Under the pieces are notes generated by a model. It did no database searches, was not told where the DNA came from, and worked only from the letters and a program-made list of their open reading frames with translations. Below are positions 1 through 12,274 of a stretch of 64,000 nt of DNA, in pieces (the first letter of the stretch is position 1; each line of letters starts with the position of its first letter). The position numbers were made by a program, and so were the translations under genes. This DNA is from Antedon mediterranea. Lineage: Eukaryota; Animalia; Echinodermata. Where the stretch lies: the NCBI RefSeq assembly GCF_964355755.1, contig NC_092673.1, positions 15,472,948 through 15,536,947 on the forward strand. The letters are read 5' to 3'.

Positions 1-1033
1 CAAGTCAACTCGGCCCCAAGTCAACTCGGCCCCAAGTCAACTCGGCCTCAAGTCAACTCGGCCTCACGTCAACTCGGCCAAAAACTAATCGGTCAACTCG
101 CCCACAATAAAGTATGGAACGCACATTGCCGATATGAATAGAAGTACCCGAGTGTTACAAAAACACATGCAGGTACCACATTTTAGTAAACCGAAGACGT
201 AGGCCTACGTTCCACCATGAATCTATAGCTCCATGGTTCCACTATTTGGCCATAGAAAAATGATCGTATACACCGTTTTTGTCCATGATTTGTGTTTTTA
301 AAAAAGGGGAATCTCCCGGTCAGCGAATACACGTAGCAGTTGTAATATCTATATAGCTGCCAAATGCGCAGGGATCTGGAGGCGCAGCTACGAATTGGTT
401 ACAGATGTTGTCGCCTAATCAAATGCATACACTGAAGAAATCTACGCGTGATTCAACCATGGAGTTAAAATTATTTAATACCTCAATGATTCAACCAAAC
501 AATCCAACCAAACAATCTTATTACACCTAATAAATGTCCTCGCATATCGGACATGTTTATTGAATTTTGGCGCACGAACGAACATACGTGCCTACGTGTG
601 CATCATCGTTATTGGGCCTACAATGTGTTCATATTTATTATCCAAATGTTCATATTGTAATCATTAACAATCGTATGAATGCTAGCTTATTAATCAATTG
701 TTTGTTATGCGCAATTTCAGAACAATTTGTGCAATTTGAAATTTTATTAAACGTAAATAAAGGAAAGTTGGTGAAATCCTCATTTTTTTTGCTAAATGTA
801 ATATTGTCTAAATATTAATATTCATTAAAAGTCAGAATTATTCATAGGTAAAAAAATGTGAAGAAATATTATTTTATCAATCCCCTTCCTTTGCACCTTT
901 TGCATTCCATACTTTAACGGGGCCGAGTTGACTGATTATTTTTTGGCCGAGTTGACGTGAGGCCGAGTTGACTTGAGGCCGAGTTGTCTTGGGGCCGAGT
1001 TGACTTGGGGCCGACTTGACTTTGGCCGAGACG
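1..1033. mobile_element. Foldback/MULE-like non-autonomous DNA element with long modular inverted termini built of 16-bp units (left end cut by window edge)
   Basis: 1-104 carries tandem CAAGTCAACTCGGCCC units and 919-1033 carries the reverse complement (GGGCCGAGTTGACTTG), including the same spacer (AAAAACTAATCGGTCAACTCG vs CGAGTTGACTGATTATTTTTT). Non-coding interior. Superfamily is inferred. Confidence 0.75.
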
Positions 1034-1120
1034 CTTTAGGGCATATCATATATTACGTCATACTAATAGTGTACCCAATTGTTGTAGAGACGCTTAATAT
1101 ATACTTAACTCATAATGAAC

Positions 1121-2506
1121 CTTATTTACAAACTCTTTTCCGTTGTCGCTTGTGATTGATTTAACGGCACCATGTCTGTGGTAAATTTTTACCATGCTCT
1201 CTGCTACCTCCTCACTTGTTTTTTGCCGAATGACAAAGGCCTCACATCATTTGGTGTAGTAATCAGTAGCGGTAAATATGTACTTTTTTCCTCCATCTGA
1301 TGTTTTATACTGGCCCATTAAATCAATGCCCATCATCACAAAAGGGCCAGTTACCTGCAGAAACAAAACAAGTAAATTTAATTTACAACATATATTTTAA
1401 ATAATGCTGTTGGTCTGGTAGGGCAGAATTTTTGAAACCTTTAAAAGTAATGTAGTTTTGAGATTCACAATTATACTGTAAAACAAATGCAATTTTTAAA
1501 CTGCAAAACATTTTTTGGAACGAACACCCTCAATTAAAAATCAATACTTGGTCAACCAGTATGAGTGAGTTGCCTGGTTTGATTAATAATGTTCTGATGA
1601 TGATCTTTTTTTTTGTAATGAATAAACCATTCTTAGATCAGAATAAAAATAAACAAAAGTCATACTGCTATTGGTTGGAGTTCCCTTGAAATTGACTTTA
1701 AGCTGTCTCCTTTCTGGCAAGACAAGCAGTTTGAATCTAGAAGTTAAACAAAATATTTTATTGTTAAGATACATTGTTCTATATATTCTAGCAATTTACG
1801 TCTCCAAACTTTCATATGATGTCTGACAGCTAAACATTATTTATGTAAATAATTGTTTATTTACAAAAAATTTTCCAATTGTAAATAGACTGAATAAAAG
1901 ACTGTTACCGTAAGAGAAATTGTAATTTAAAAAAAAATGTATACCTTCATAAGATTTCAAGCTTACCCATTCGTGTACACTCATAGTGTTTGGCCTGGCC
2001 AGTAAAAACGTTCACACACCATCTTGTGTGTTTTGTTTCGGCCTAGATGCCCCCCTGTTGGTATGTCGTGTACGTGTCTCAAGACTTCTTTTGCTTCTTC
2101 TTTTGTTTTTATGCATTTGGCAACTCTTCCATCCTTTATTTTTCGGTGAAGGATTTTTCCTAGATTTAATAAAAATATAATTATGAATACTATATTGTAA
2201 TAACAAAATAAAACTGTATAGTCATTTACCCTTTAAAGAGTATTTGTTTACTTTTAGATTTTTGGCTACAAATTGATATTTATTTTTGAATTATTTATAA
2301 TCTGTATTATAAATAAGAGAAATAGTTTTTACAGTTGTTCGCAACCTCCCTGTAGTTGGGGATGGTGTGAATTAGTAGTAAATGTTTATATACCTTGTAT
2401 AACAAAATTCAGACATTTTTTTCTGATCCTCCGTTTATCCTCTTTGGAACATCCCTCTATAACTAGAATTGCTCAGGTAATTATACACCTTGTCATATTC
2501 TTCCAT
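1121..2506 (-). pseudogene. Intron-containing Gypsy-type integrase/transposase (Ginger / GIN1-like) relic, 4 exons
   Basis: Minus-strand GT-AG exons: 2506-2394 (MEEYDKVYNYLSNSSY, frameshift, EGCSKEDKRRIRKKCLNFVIQ); 2159-1967 (..VLRHVHDIPTGGHLGRNKTHKMVCERFYWPG); 1736-1666 (SNCLSCQKGDSLKSISRELQPIA); 1354-1121 (VTGPFVMMGIDLMGQY..YIFTATDYYTK*CEAF..HRHGAVKSITSDNGKEFVNK). This is an HHCC zinc finger plus the first two catalytic Asp of the rve core, with frameshifts and a stop. Confidence 0.85.
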
Positions 2507-2659
2507 AGTTTTACAACCTAAACATTTACTTTGGAGATGGGCAAAATTGTTTAATTAAAAAAAAAATGTTTTTCGAATGTTTGTAGTTAATTTATAGGCA
2601 CTGTAACTAAGGTCCAGTTTAAATAAAAAGTATCATGTCACCAAAGTAATTAATTTGTA

Positions 2660-3059
2660 TCAAGACTTATTGAACCCCCCTCCAATTTCTATGATATTCT
2701 GATTTAAAATCAAATTTTGTTTGTATTGATATTTAACATAGTGTTAAGAACTGATCGATTATGAAAAAATAATGATGAATATCGATTCAGAACTTCTTAA
2801 AACAGAGGGGGACATTCTTTCACAGGGGGGTTGAAAATTTTAGATAGGCCATGAAAACGAACCCCCTCCAACTTTCACGGGGGTTGAAAGTTGTAGCTTG
2901 GCTAAAATGTTCAACCTCCCCTCCAAGCCAGCGAAGATCAGTGAAGCGTGTAATCGTTGAATAAACATGAAAAACTCTCTTTTCGCGCATACGTTGTTAA
3001 GGGGGGTTGAGAATTATGGGGGGTTGAGAATTATGGGGGGGGGGGGGAACAACTGCACA
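2660..3059 (-). repeat. Probable 5' terminal region of the Ginger element, with repeated AACCCCCC/GGGGGTTGA motifs
   Basis: Several TCAACCCCC(C)-type motifs lie in both orientations. The block ends ...GAACAACTGCACA at 3059 (TGT on the minus strand, the terminal trinucleotide known for Ginger elements). The partner TIR was not found. Confidence 0.45.
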
Positions 3060-3763
3060 AATTCGGAATATACCATTCGCGTACAGGGGTGATATGTTTA
3101 TCGTCGCGAAAGACACGTGCCTTTGTGATATCATGGATTATTATTTGTTATTCTTTCCCCCGGACTACAATGGATGAATCTTTCAATTTCCAACGGAATT
3201 CTCACTTCATACGCCGTTTTAAAAATATAGATCGATTGATTACCATACAAAATACATTTTAAAACCATGTTTTATTGAATTGAACATAGGTTTGGCTCTA
3301 ATTTAATACCAAAATCCACAAGATTTGTATACAAATAGTGATTGAAAACATACGTTTTGTCACAAAAATTGTCACAACATTTCATGATGATAAACCTGTC
3401 CATACAAGCCGATTTACCCATCAAATTGAAGCCCATTCAAAGCTTGATAAAATACACAAAAAATTAATCCGCTAGCTTTAATGGTAATCATGCGATCGTG
3501 TTTTGAAAACTGATGGGGATTTTCCGATGCAGGATTTTAGAACCGTTTTAAAATCGCATTTTCTCGGCAACTACTTCATTAATTTTAATTGTAAACACAC
3601 TTATACATAGATTAAAACAATTACTTTCAAACAATGTAAATTTTGTAAGTATTAATTAAGAGTGAATACAATTTATTTACCATCAAAGTCATACTACTTT
3701 TTCGAATTTTGTTAATATTTCTCTGTGCGCTTTCATTGGGATACCTACTTTAAGCAGGATAAT

Positions 3764-4616
3764 CTAGTCTCTGCTAGTAACTTTTTTAAGAGTAAAGAAC
3801 AATTGAAGTCCTTCCATAGGAGGCCCAACTGATAATGACCATCTTTCGTTCACGAGACAGTGTAGCATCCATAGCCTTAGCCTTACCATCTTCAACAGAC
3901 TCGCCCTCCCCATTGATGAGATCATCCACTGACCAGCTTTGTTTAAGGTGGTGTAGAATGTCCACGTTCGAGCAGCAAGATATTCTATTATTGTTGGACA
4001 CTTTCTTGTGAAATACGTTGGAACCACCAGGTCCCATTACTGACCAACCAAGGGGCGTTCTGATCCCATATAGATCTTTGGGCCACCCACGCCTCTCCTC
4101 ACAAATCCAGAAAGCCTCATGAGCATCGGCTCTAATCAACAAACCAATCAACTCTCTAGGCTTTGGTAGACTTTCATGACCATTAGGAAGGTTAGGAACA
4201 GAAAGTAATGTGACGTTAATAGAATCAGATTCATTAATGCCTTGAATCATAAGATCGAAAACCGATCCCACTCTTGATTTATCACCATTTATTGTGGATG
4301 AGGTGTAGGACATTGATCTACCTGAAACACCTAGGTTCTTCTGTAGCTCCCCGCTACATAGGCTGGTGTCAGAACCGCTATCAAGCAAAGCAAGGGTACA
4401 CATTTGGTTCCCATTTGCGGCGGTAACCTTGACAGGCAGCATTCTCAAGAATACTTGGCTGCCACAAATAGCTGCATTATTATTGACTGAAGGGTCCAGG
4501 TTATGTAGAAGATTATGATGTTTGTTAGATTTACAGGATGAACATACGGTATCTCTTTTGCATTTTGCAATGGGTTGGCCAGGGAAAAGGCATCTAAAAC
4601 ACAACCTTTTGGTCTA
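3764..4616 (-). mobile_element. BEL/Pao LTR retrotransposon fragment (Gag zinc knuckles + aspartic protease)
   Basis: ORF 3786-4604: CFRCL..C..C..C..KHHNLLH knuckles, ALLDSGSDTS protease motif, IGLLI..D and TPLGWSVMG motifs typical of BEL/Pao polyproteins; degraded downstream. Confidence 0.85.
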
Positions 4617-5181
4617 TTAAACAAGACCTACCTGTAATGTAAGTTGAAGTTTGGTTGTGGTTCTACACTGTCCTCTGGTCTTGAGATTAAGAATTACATG
4701 GGATGGTAAACCAGACTTTAACGATTATTACACAGTTACAGATATTAACAAATAATAAATCACAGTTAATTGGAATATGGGTGGGAATTCTACACTGCCC
4801 TCCGGCTGTGAGACGGAATTCCATGGGACTTCAAAGTAACTGGAAAACAGAGTCATAATTATCGACAAATGAAAATATAAAATCAGATTAACTTAAAACA
4901 ATAAAACACTTTATTTTCATCATAGCAAAACCTCCTGATGGGGAAGTACCTAATTTCCCAACACTAGTTCCCAACACTAGTTCACCAAAAGACTTGGCTT
5001 TTTCTACCTTCTTATTAAGTTATTGTAGAACTTGGCAAAAGTATCCTCATTACTTCACCCTACTAAACTAATTATTTGGTGCACAGAAAATGCTGCCGAA
5101 AACTGTAACATCTATACCTGCCTTGGTCATTAATGATTTAATCCACCTACTGATAGTAGAAGCTGTTACTTCCTTATGTGT
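4617..5181 (-). mobile_element. DIRS-type retrotransposon 3' fragment (tyrosine recombinase C-terminus plus terminal region)
   Basis: Minus strand ~5181-5015 reads HKEVTASTISRWIKSLMTKAGIDVTVF..VG*SNEDTFAKFYN, the DIRS recombinase C-terminal pattern. 4617-4840 has an internally repeated TTCTACACTG.CCTC.GG..TGAGA motif consistent with DIRS terminal repeats. Confidence 0.7.
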
Positions 5182-5829
5182 AACTTATAAATGTAATTAC
5201 CTTTACGATTACACGACGTGCAAAACACAAAAGACTCTAACACAGGTACAAAATATAGTGTTAGAAATTGCTTTATTGATGTTGCTCACTTAAGGCTCTG
5301 ACTGCGAATGGTCTTCCTAACCATTTGCATTAAGTTTTAATCATTATCAGAACAAAGAAAATACACTTAATTACTTAAACAGGAATTAAAGCTAATTGAT
5401 TGAGGGCCGAAACATACCAATGACCAAAAGATTATATAATTGTTAATCCTATAAACAAATAGTGGACCATTGGCATTTCCAGATTACTTTATGGGGAGTA
5501 AATGCGGTGTCTATTCACATTTTAAGTCGAAAACAAATCAACAAAATACTTAATAGCATTCCAAAATGCTGTAAATCAATTAAAAGTAAAAGAATCAAAA
5601 AACTAAAAGTAATGTATGCCACATAAATAACTTAGTTGTACCATGTCTTAATATGTTAGTAAGAGTTAAATATCCTCCAATGCCTTATAAACGCATAACT
5701 TTGGATCTACAGAGTATCGCCGTAAAATAATTGGTGGAGGATTTTAGCCTGGTCTGCTCTGTTTAAGTCTGATCTACCTAACACAAATGTAAATTCTTTT
5801 TTTCTTTTTTTCATACAATGTAAATCTAA

Positions 5830-6820
5830 ACATGCCAATGTCTGTGTCCTACCTGCTGCTGGAATAGCTATTAGAACAGCAACCTTTAAATTAACAACTT
5901 TAATCCTAATTCAGTATTTGGATAAAGTAATCCAATGTACATTTTCCTTAAATCAATCATTCTCTGTTTATTTCTTATTCCTGTCCAGAAGTATAAATTA
6001 GATGCAATATCTTGGTGATGAATACCCAGGATAGCAACATCACGTCTGGGCTATTGATGACTACAGAAGGATGGTGTGTACTGGCATGAAGCAAAAGCCT
6101 TGTGTCTGCTTCCTCGTGATCACTTTCTAATGTGTGAATTTCAATGGATCTACTGTACACTCACCGTCCTTCCAAGAGAGCTCATGACATATTTACTTGT
6201 CATGTTTGTTTTTACCATGACTTTCTTAAACTGCCTTGGTGTCTTCTGTTTTGGACCGTAAATTTTGATTAATTTCTGACCCACTTCCTGCTTTTCTTGA
6301 TCTTTCTAAATCTTTTATGCTAGCTTTAGTGTATGTCACAAACAAAATCTACTCTGGAAAAGCCATTCGTAACACCTGTGTTGATTATTATTATGACAAA
6401 ACTTGTCCCTCATTTGTTTCTTGCTTCTATTATTGTGAACAAATGCAGTCACTTTATCACAAATGATACACTTTACAGGCAATATAGGTCCATGTGAACG
6501 ACGGCTTTTCTGTTGTCTACATTTACAAACTCGTCTTTCGATGTTTTAAATCGCTTTTTAGCAGAAGAAATCCTTTTACTATCGATGTACCGACGATCAC
6601 CATGGAAGCCTAACTCTGGGTGGTCTTGACGTACTTCGTCAAAGGATAAGTCCAACAAGTGTTGTATTGAACGAGCCATATCTGTTAAAACAATCTTATC
6701 TTATGAACAGGAAATGATTTGCCAATGTACTTCTGTAATAGGCTGAGACACCACATTACTTTGGTGAAAAAGACATGTTGTTTCTTGGTCTTCTTCAACC
6801 ACGTCCATCGACTCCATGAT
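5830..6820 (-). mobile_element. Academ-type DNA transposon transposase relic (fragmented)
   Basis: LESDHEEADTRLLLHA..VVINSPD motif (ORF 5975-6160) and upstream RVDFVCD..SIKDLERSR..PKQKTPRQFKK; many indels. Confidence 0.65.
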
Positions 6821-7590
6821 TGTTGTTTCCAATGTAATGTTGTTATTTTGGGATTTCCCCGAACTATGACCTAGGCCCAGGGCGTGATTGGTGAATAACT
6901 TGCACGTGGTACAGTCGCGGATTGACTGAACGTTCGCGACGACCGTGTTACTCTTGTCAGTGTATATTAAAATAGAGTACCAATATTAATCGATAATTGC
7001 TCTGAATTTACAGCCTCGATTATGGAGAACTTTTTTTTTTATTTACTCTAAAATATTGATCCTAAATATGTTAAGAAAATCTAGACCCCGTTGACTGGGC
7101 GAGATGAAACAATAGAATTTACTGCTTACGGCCTATTTGTTTTGTTATTTTATAGATGAAAACATTAATTTTAAAAACATTAAAACTACAAAATAACCTA
7201 CTAGTATTCAAAGTCTGATTAAATTACCAAATGAACATATTTGTTTTTAATTGGAAGTAAAGAAATGTTTCCATTGAATTAAATAGTTAAATTTAAGTAC
7301 TAAAATAATGAGTTTAAAGAAACTGTTGCTTATATAAATTTTTTTTTCTCAACATGCAAAACCAGAGAGTAGAAGAAAATCTCCTCCTCCTTCACCTGCC
7401 CAAAAGCTAGCTCTGGTAAGGGTTATTCTTTTACTCTCTCAGATCAGCTACTTATATAAATTGTTGTTTAAAAAATGTTTTCGTGGGTATGCTCTTGACT
7501 TAACTTTAAATGGGTAACTTCTAGTTTACGTTGTGGTGTTGTGTTAGCAAACAACAAATTAACTATGAGGTTTGCTTTTGTATTTGTTAG

Positions 7591-8152
7591 TCTTTAACTG
7601 AGCAGGAGATAAACTTGTTGGATCGTAAAAAAAAAAATCTGAGTGTGCGATTTTTCGGTTCAGAGATGTAAAGAAATTCTTCACTAGAAGGAAAACTGCA
7701 AATTGAACAAAGACTCCAGGACGTCAAGCTCTTGACCCAGAAAAGGTTTTGGAAATTAAGGGTGAGTTTATTTTTTTATTTTTTAAATAAATATCCTGAA
7801 GCATAAAATGTAGTGGCTTCCCTATATTTTTTCCCCCATATAAAATGGTCTTAATCTTGAAAATGAAGCTAATTTTTAAAAGATTGACTTCTTAAGATTT
7901 AAAAATAAATCCTTTCTAAGATCGTATGGGCTTCTTAGTCTGTCAACTCTGACAAAAACATCCTATTCCAGATTTTGTGGCAACCAAGAAACACTAAGCT
8001 TCATTATTAGAAGCTTATGTGCAATATATCATTTATATTTTTCAGACCATGGTCGAAAGAGATATGGAGATGCAGAGGTGGCAAGAGTGAACCGGTATAT
8101 TACCGAAAAGATTGCCGTCTTGCGAAATTTACCAGCGAATTGTTCAGCTTAA
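7591..8152 (+). pseudogene. Degraded spliced BEN-domain-like gene fragment, probably transposon-borne
   Basis: Exon 7591-7761 (frameshifted; ends ..TPGRQALDPEKVLEIK, donor GTGAGT) splices in phase 1 to exon 8046-8152 (DHGRKRYGDAEVARVNRYITEKIAVLRNLPANCSA*). LDPxKVxxIK followed by an I..K...R helix resembles a BEN domain; judged by eye. Confidence 0.5.
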
Positions 8153-8619
8153 TAATTACTTATCTGATAATCTATTATTTTTTTGAAATAAAAATAATAA
8201 ATAATAAATAAATGTTTAAACAGACCCAATTAGACTGATGCAATAAGTTTATAGAAGTTATAAAATAGTCAGCCAAATATTTTAAGAAATAGCAGTTATA
8301 ATTATATACATTTTAGTATGTTCAACGTAGCAAAAAAGTATTTAAAAATACAGTACCATAGTTAACTATACATACTAATGTATTACAGTATTCCAAGCCA
8401 TTGTGATTATTTTTATGTTACTGAAATTTTAATATTTGCTTGGAAAGATGCTCAATTGGATTTAAATCCATGTTTGATACAAGCTTGTTTTTTTTGGAAT
8501 GTTGCCCCTCTTATTTTAATAATATTTACTATTCTATGAAAGAGAAGAAGAGAAATAAATGTTACTTTGATTGATTGATTAAATTGTTCAAATTTTAGGG
8601 AAAGCCGAGTTAGTTTAGA

Positions 8620-8915
8620 ATGTCCAATTGAATTTTGGCACTTGGAATTTATCCAGTTTTGATATATTCAATTGGATTGTATAAAATTGGATATTGACAC
8701 TTCACAATTGGATTGAGTTTGGACCTCTTCCAATTGGATATATTGACAATTTCCAATTGGATTTTACAATTTTTTTGTACGAATTTCCAATTAAACCCAA
8801 TTGGAATTTATCCAATTAGATCCAATTGGAAAGTTAAAAAAATAAAATTGTAAAATTTCAAATTGGATCCAATTGGAAAAAGTCAATTGGATCCAAATGG
8901 GCACTTTGGTAAGGG
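8620..8915. repeat. Subterminal array of palindromic CCAATTGG motifs ending at a probable DNA-transposon terminus (...CTTTGGTAAGGG)
   Basis: Perfect CCAATTGG at 8730, 8753, 8797, 8822 and 8869 plus several near-matches. The block stops abruptly at 8915 against a Gypsy fragment. A CCC/GGG end would fit animal EnSpm/CMC elements (inference). Confidence 0.65.
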
Positions 8916-9052
8916 CAGGCTTGTACTGTAGTTGTTAATTAGCCAATTTCAATGCCCATCTTTGAATTCTTGCACTAGTCATGGTTGAAACTAGCGTGTT
9001 CTCTTCCAGTAATCCTAACAATGGCTTATGATCTGTTTGAATGATTATATTG
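8916..9052 (-). mobile_element. Gypsy LTR retrotransposon pol fragment (RNase H)
   Basis: Minus strand reads IIIQTDHKPLLGLLEENTLVSTMTSARIQRWALKLAN*QLQYKP, with the TDHKPL..RIQRWAL RNase H motifs. Confidence 0.8.
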
Positions 9053-9207
9053 TAGGCCTACTTGCTGATAGCCTAAAATCATGCTATTTCAACTTACTTG
9101 TAGCCTAAGTAAGGAATAATACGTTCTCTGTATATTTGGTAAAACTTTCGTCATATATGTGAAAAAATACTAACACTGCTCCATAAACAGTAAGCTTTTA
9201 AATGAAT

Positions 9208-9261
9208 CACTCGATCGTATAAAAGGTACAACTATTAGTTGTACATTTATACGATCGAGTG
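9208..9261. repeat. 54-bp near-perfect palindrome
   Basis: CACTCGATCGTATAAA-AG-GTACAACTA-T-TAGTTGTAC-A-TTTATACGATCGAGTG: perfect 16-bp and 9-bp inverted arms. Confidence 0.9.
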
Positions 9262-9412
9262 AGAAACACTCAAGGTGCTAAACATGACGTAACGGCCAGC
9301 CTTTTACTACAAATGAGTCATGTGATACCACTAGAGCAAATTGTGTCAAAATTGTCTCCATTAATGCATGTAAAAGTAAAGGAGCAATTTTCAACAATTG
9401 TGAATTATTATT

Positions 9413-9873
9413 AGAGAGGTTTCGCAATCTTATGAATACGATAACGAATACGTCATGCACACGTATTCGCTTTTGTAAGCCAGTAAAAATCTGTTTCGCA
9501 TGGCAACGAAATATTGAGGGCGCCGTCCAAAATATGACTGCGGTAAATTTGAGCGAAGCGCATGTACGTGTTGCTTGGTGGTTGGCTGCCTAAAAACTGC
9601 TATTTATCAAAATTGGCCTGGCATTTTAGTAAATTGCTTTAGTAAATTACTTTCAATAAATGTATAATTTTATATAATCCTGAATCATTCCTGATTCAAA
9701 TGCAAAATGTGCAAAATAGATCAAAACCTACACTCGTTTTGTAGTTACGAATATGACTGATGATATTCGTTGAATACGCTTTACAAATATAAAATGGGGA
9801 CCAGCTCAAAAGTTTCACAAATGTGTGACGTATCCGTTTTCGTTATCGTATTCTAAGTTTGCGAAACCTCCCT
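9413..9873. mobile_element. PIF/Harbinger-like MITE, family A, copy 1
   Basis: TIRs AGAGAGGTTTCGCAA / TTGCGAAACCTCCCT in TTA/TAT-rich flanks; an inverted copy lies at 59262-59718. Confidence 0.8.
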
Positions 9874-10640
9874 ATTATTATTATATAACAATAACATTAT
9901 TATGTGCAAAGCATACAGAAGTACTTGCGGCAAAGAATAATTGCGTGCACGTGTGCTAGTGCATTATAAAGTTTGATTGATTTTGGAAAGAAACATCCCA
10001 TAACTATGTATTATTAATAACAGTTATGTAATAAGTTTTAATTCATGTATTCTTTACTGACTAAGCAAAATAATAGTGTTTTGCATTTGTTACTATACTG
10101 AAAGGGATGACCAATATTAGGATAATAATAAAAGCAAATTATCGCAAATGAAGATGTTAAAATAAAGACATCTCTGATAGCACCTTGGAAATGGACTGAT
10201 ACGTCTTCATTCATACATAATAAATAGTACGTATAATAAATATTATATTGAAACAACAATCGCCAATATTTGTGAAAAAGCATTATAATCTGTGATCTAT
10301 GATTCATCCATTATCACGCCTAATTGGCTATGTTATGATTTTAATTGCCACCTTCCACTTACGGCATGTTACCATGAGGGTCATTGTCAAGTTGAATGAG
10401 AAGAGTTGAAATATTTACTATTTCTTTCAATTAGGCCTATCACTATTTTATTCAATCAATGCATTTTGCAATTATAATGCAAAAGATAGGACATTACATG
10501 ACTAGCACTTTTAAATTCCACTCATTTGGTTCCCTCGTCTTCATGATTCGAAATGGTCCAACATTTGCCATGGGGTAAAGTTTGGTTACCATGAAAATAA
10601 ACTTATTCATCATTAATTTAGTTTAAAACACTTGCAAATC

Positions 10641-12235
10641 CAAGATTCAAGATTCAAGAAATTTTATTTGTCCATAAAAATGGAAATTCACTTTGCTTGG
10701 TAGATTAAAACAACAATATTGCAACAATTTAAAACGTGCAGTATTATAACAGATTAAAAATACAAGATAAAAAGTTAAAAATACTGTTAAAAATGTAAAA
10801 CTATTTAAAAATTGCATTATCGTCTTACATTAGAATTAAAAATATGAATGCTATTTACAACGAAGGATTTTCTAGTTCTACAAAGATTTGCTCTTGGAGG
10901 TCGTAGCCTAATACCTGATCTATTTAAGTTATAACAGTAATGTAACGGATGAGTGGGGTCTTTCATAATATTGTTTACTTTTTTTAAAATACTCTTTTCA
11001 TAGATAAATGAACAAGGCGTTAGATCAGCTTTAATAATACGTTGTGCAATTTTACGTGGTCTCTCAATATTTTTCTTATCATTTTCAGTAAAGTTACCAT
11101 AAAAACATCCAATGCTAAAAGATAAAATACTTTGAATAATACTTTGATAAAATAGAATTAAAATAGTGTTATCAACTCTAATTTGCTTGAGTTTTCTGAG
11201 AAAGTAGAGCCTTTGAGATGCCTTCTTGGAAATCATGAGAGAGTTTGACTCCCATTTTAATTTGTTGTCAATTATAGTACCTAAGTATTTGTATTGGGTT
11301 ACTCTTTCAACCTCGGTTTCTTTAATAGTTATTACATTATGTTCAACTGCGGTTTTACGAAAATCTATCTCTTTGGTTTTAGTAATATTAAGTATTAAGT
11401 TCATATCCTCACACCAATTAACAAATCTTCCAACTTCATTAACAAATTCATTTACATTATGCTTACTATCGCAAAGAAAACCACTAATTACAGTATCGTC
11501 AGCGTATTTTACAATATTGCAATCTTTACTTAAAATATTAAAACTACTTGAATAAAAAGAGAACAAAATTGGAGAAATAACACATCCTTGAGGAGCTCCA
11601 ACATTGATAGATTCTTTGTTGGATAGGATACCATTGCACTTAACCATCTGCGGTCTATTAATCAAAAAACTATATATAACTTTGGCGAGCTGAGGTGAGA
11701 CATTAAAACTTAATAATCTATCAATTAAAACATGTGGTAAAATAGTATTAAAAGCACTGGAGAAATCAAAAAATATAGACCGTACATAATTTCTTTTTGA
11801 ATCAAGGTGATGATATATGTATCATGGAGATAAGAATTAACAGCATTGTCAACCCCTCTGTTTTATGCAAATTGATTCTTATCTGCATTACCAATATTTT
11901 CCTTAAGTCTAGAAACAATCAACCTTTCTAAGCATTTCATTAAATTTGAAGTAATTGCAATTGGTCTAAAATCTTTTGGGACACTAGGTTTATTTACTTT
12001 AGGCAATGGATTTATAATAGAAGTTTTCCATATGCATGGAACAGTACCATTTCTAAAAATAATATTAAAAATATAAGTAAAAATTGGACATAGTTGGATA
12101 TTGCACACTTTTAAAATTCTGTTTGAAATCCCATCTGGTCCAGTTGCCTTATTGACTTTTACACGTGCAAATTCTCTTAAAACCTCGTCTTCATTAACAA
12201 CAACATTATTATTATCATCATTACCAATATTGTTA

Positions 12236-12274
<39 letters not shown>

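Noticed and set aside
1-104. CRISPR-like short repeat array
   Set aside because: The 16-bp units are contiguous with no unique spacers, are mirrored at 919-1033, and sit in eukaryotic DNA with no cas genes.
1240-1260. In-frame TGA in the Ginger exon as selenocysteine or readthrough
   Set aside because: It falls at the conserved Trp of TK(W), a simple TGG>TGA change, in a gene that also has frameshifts.
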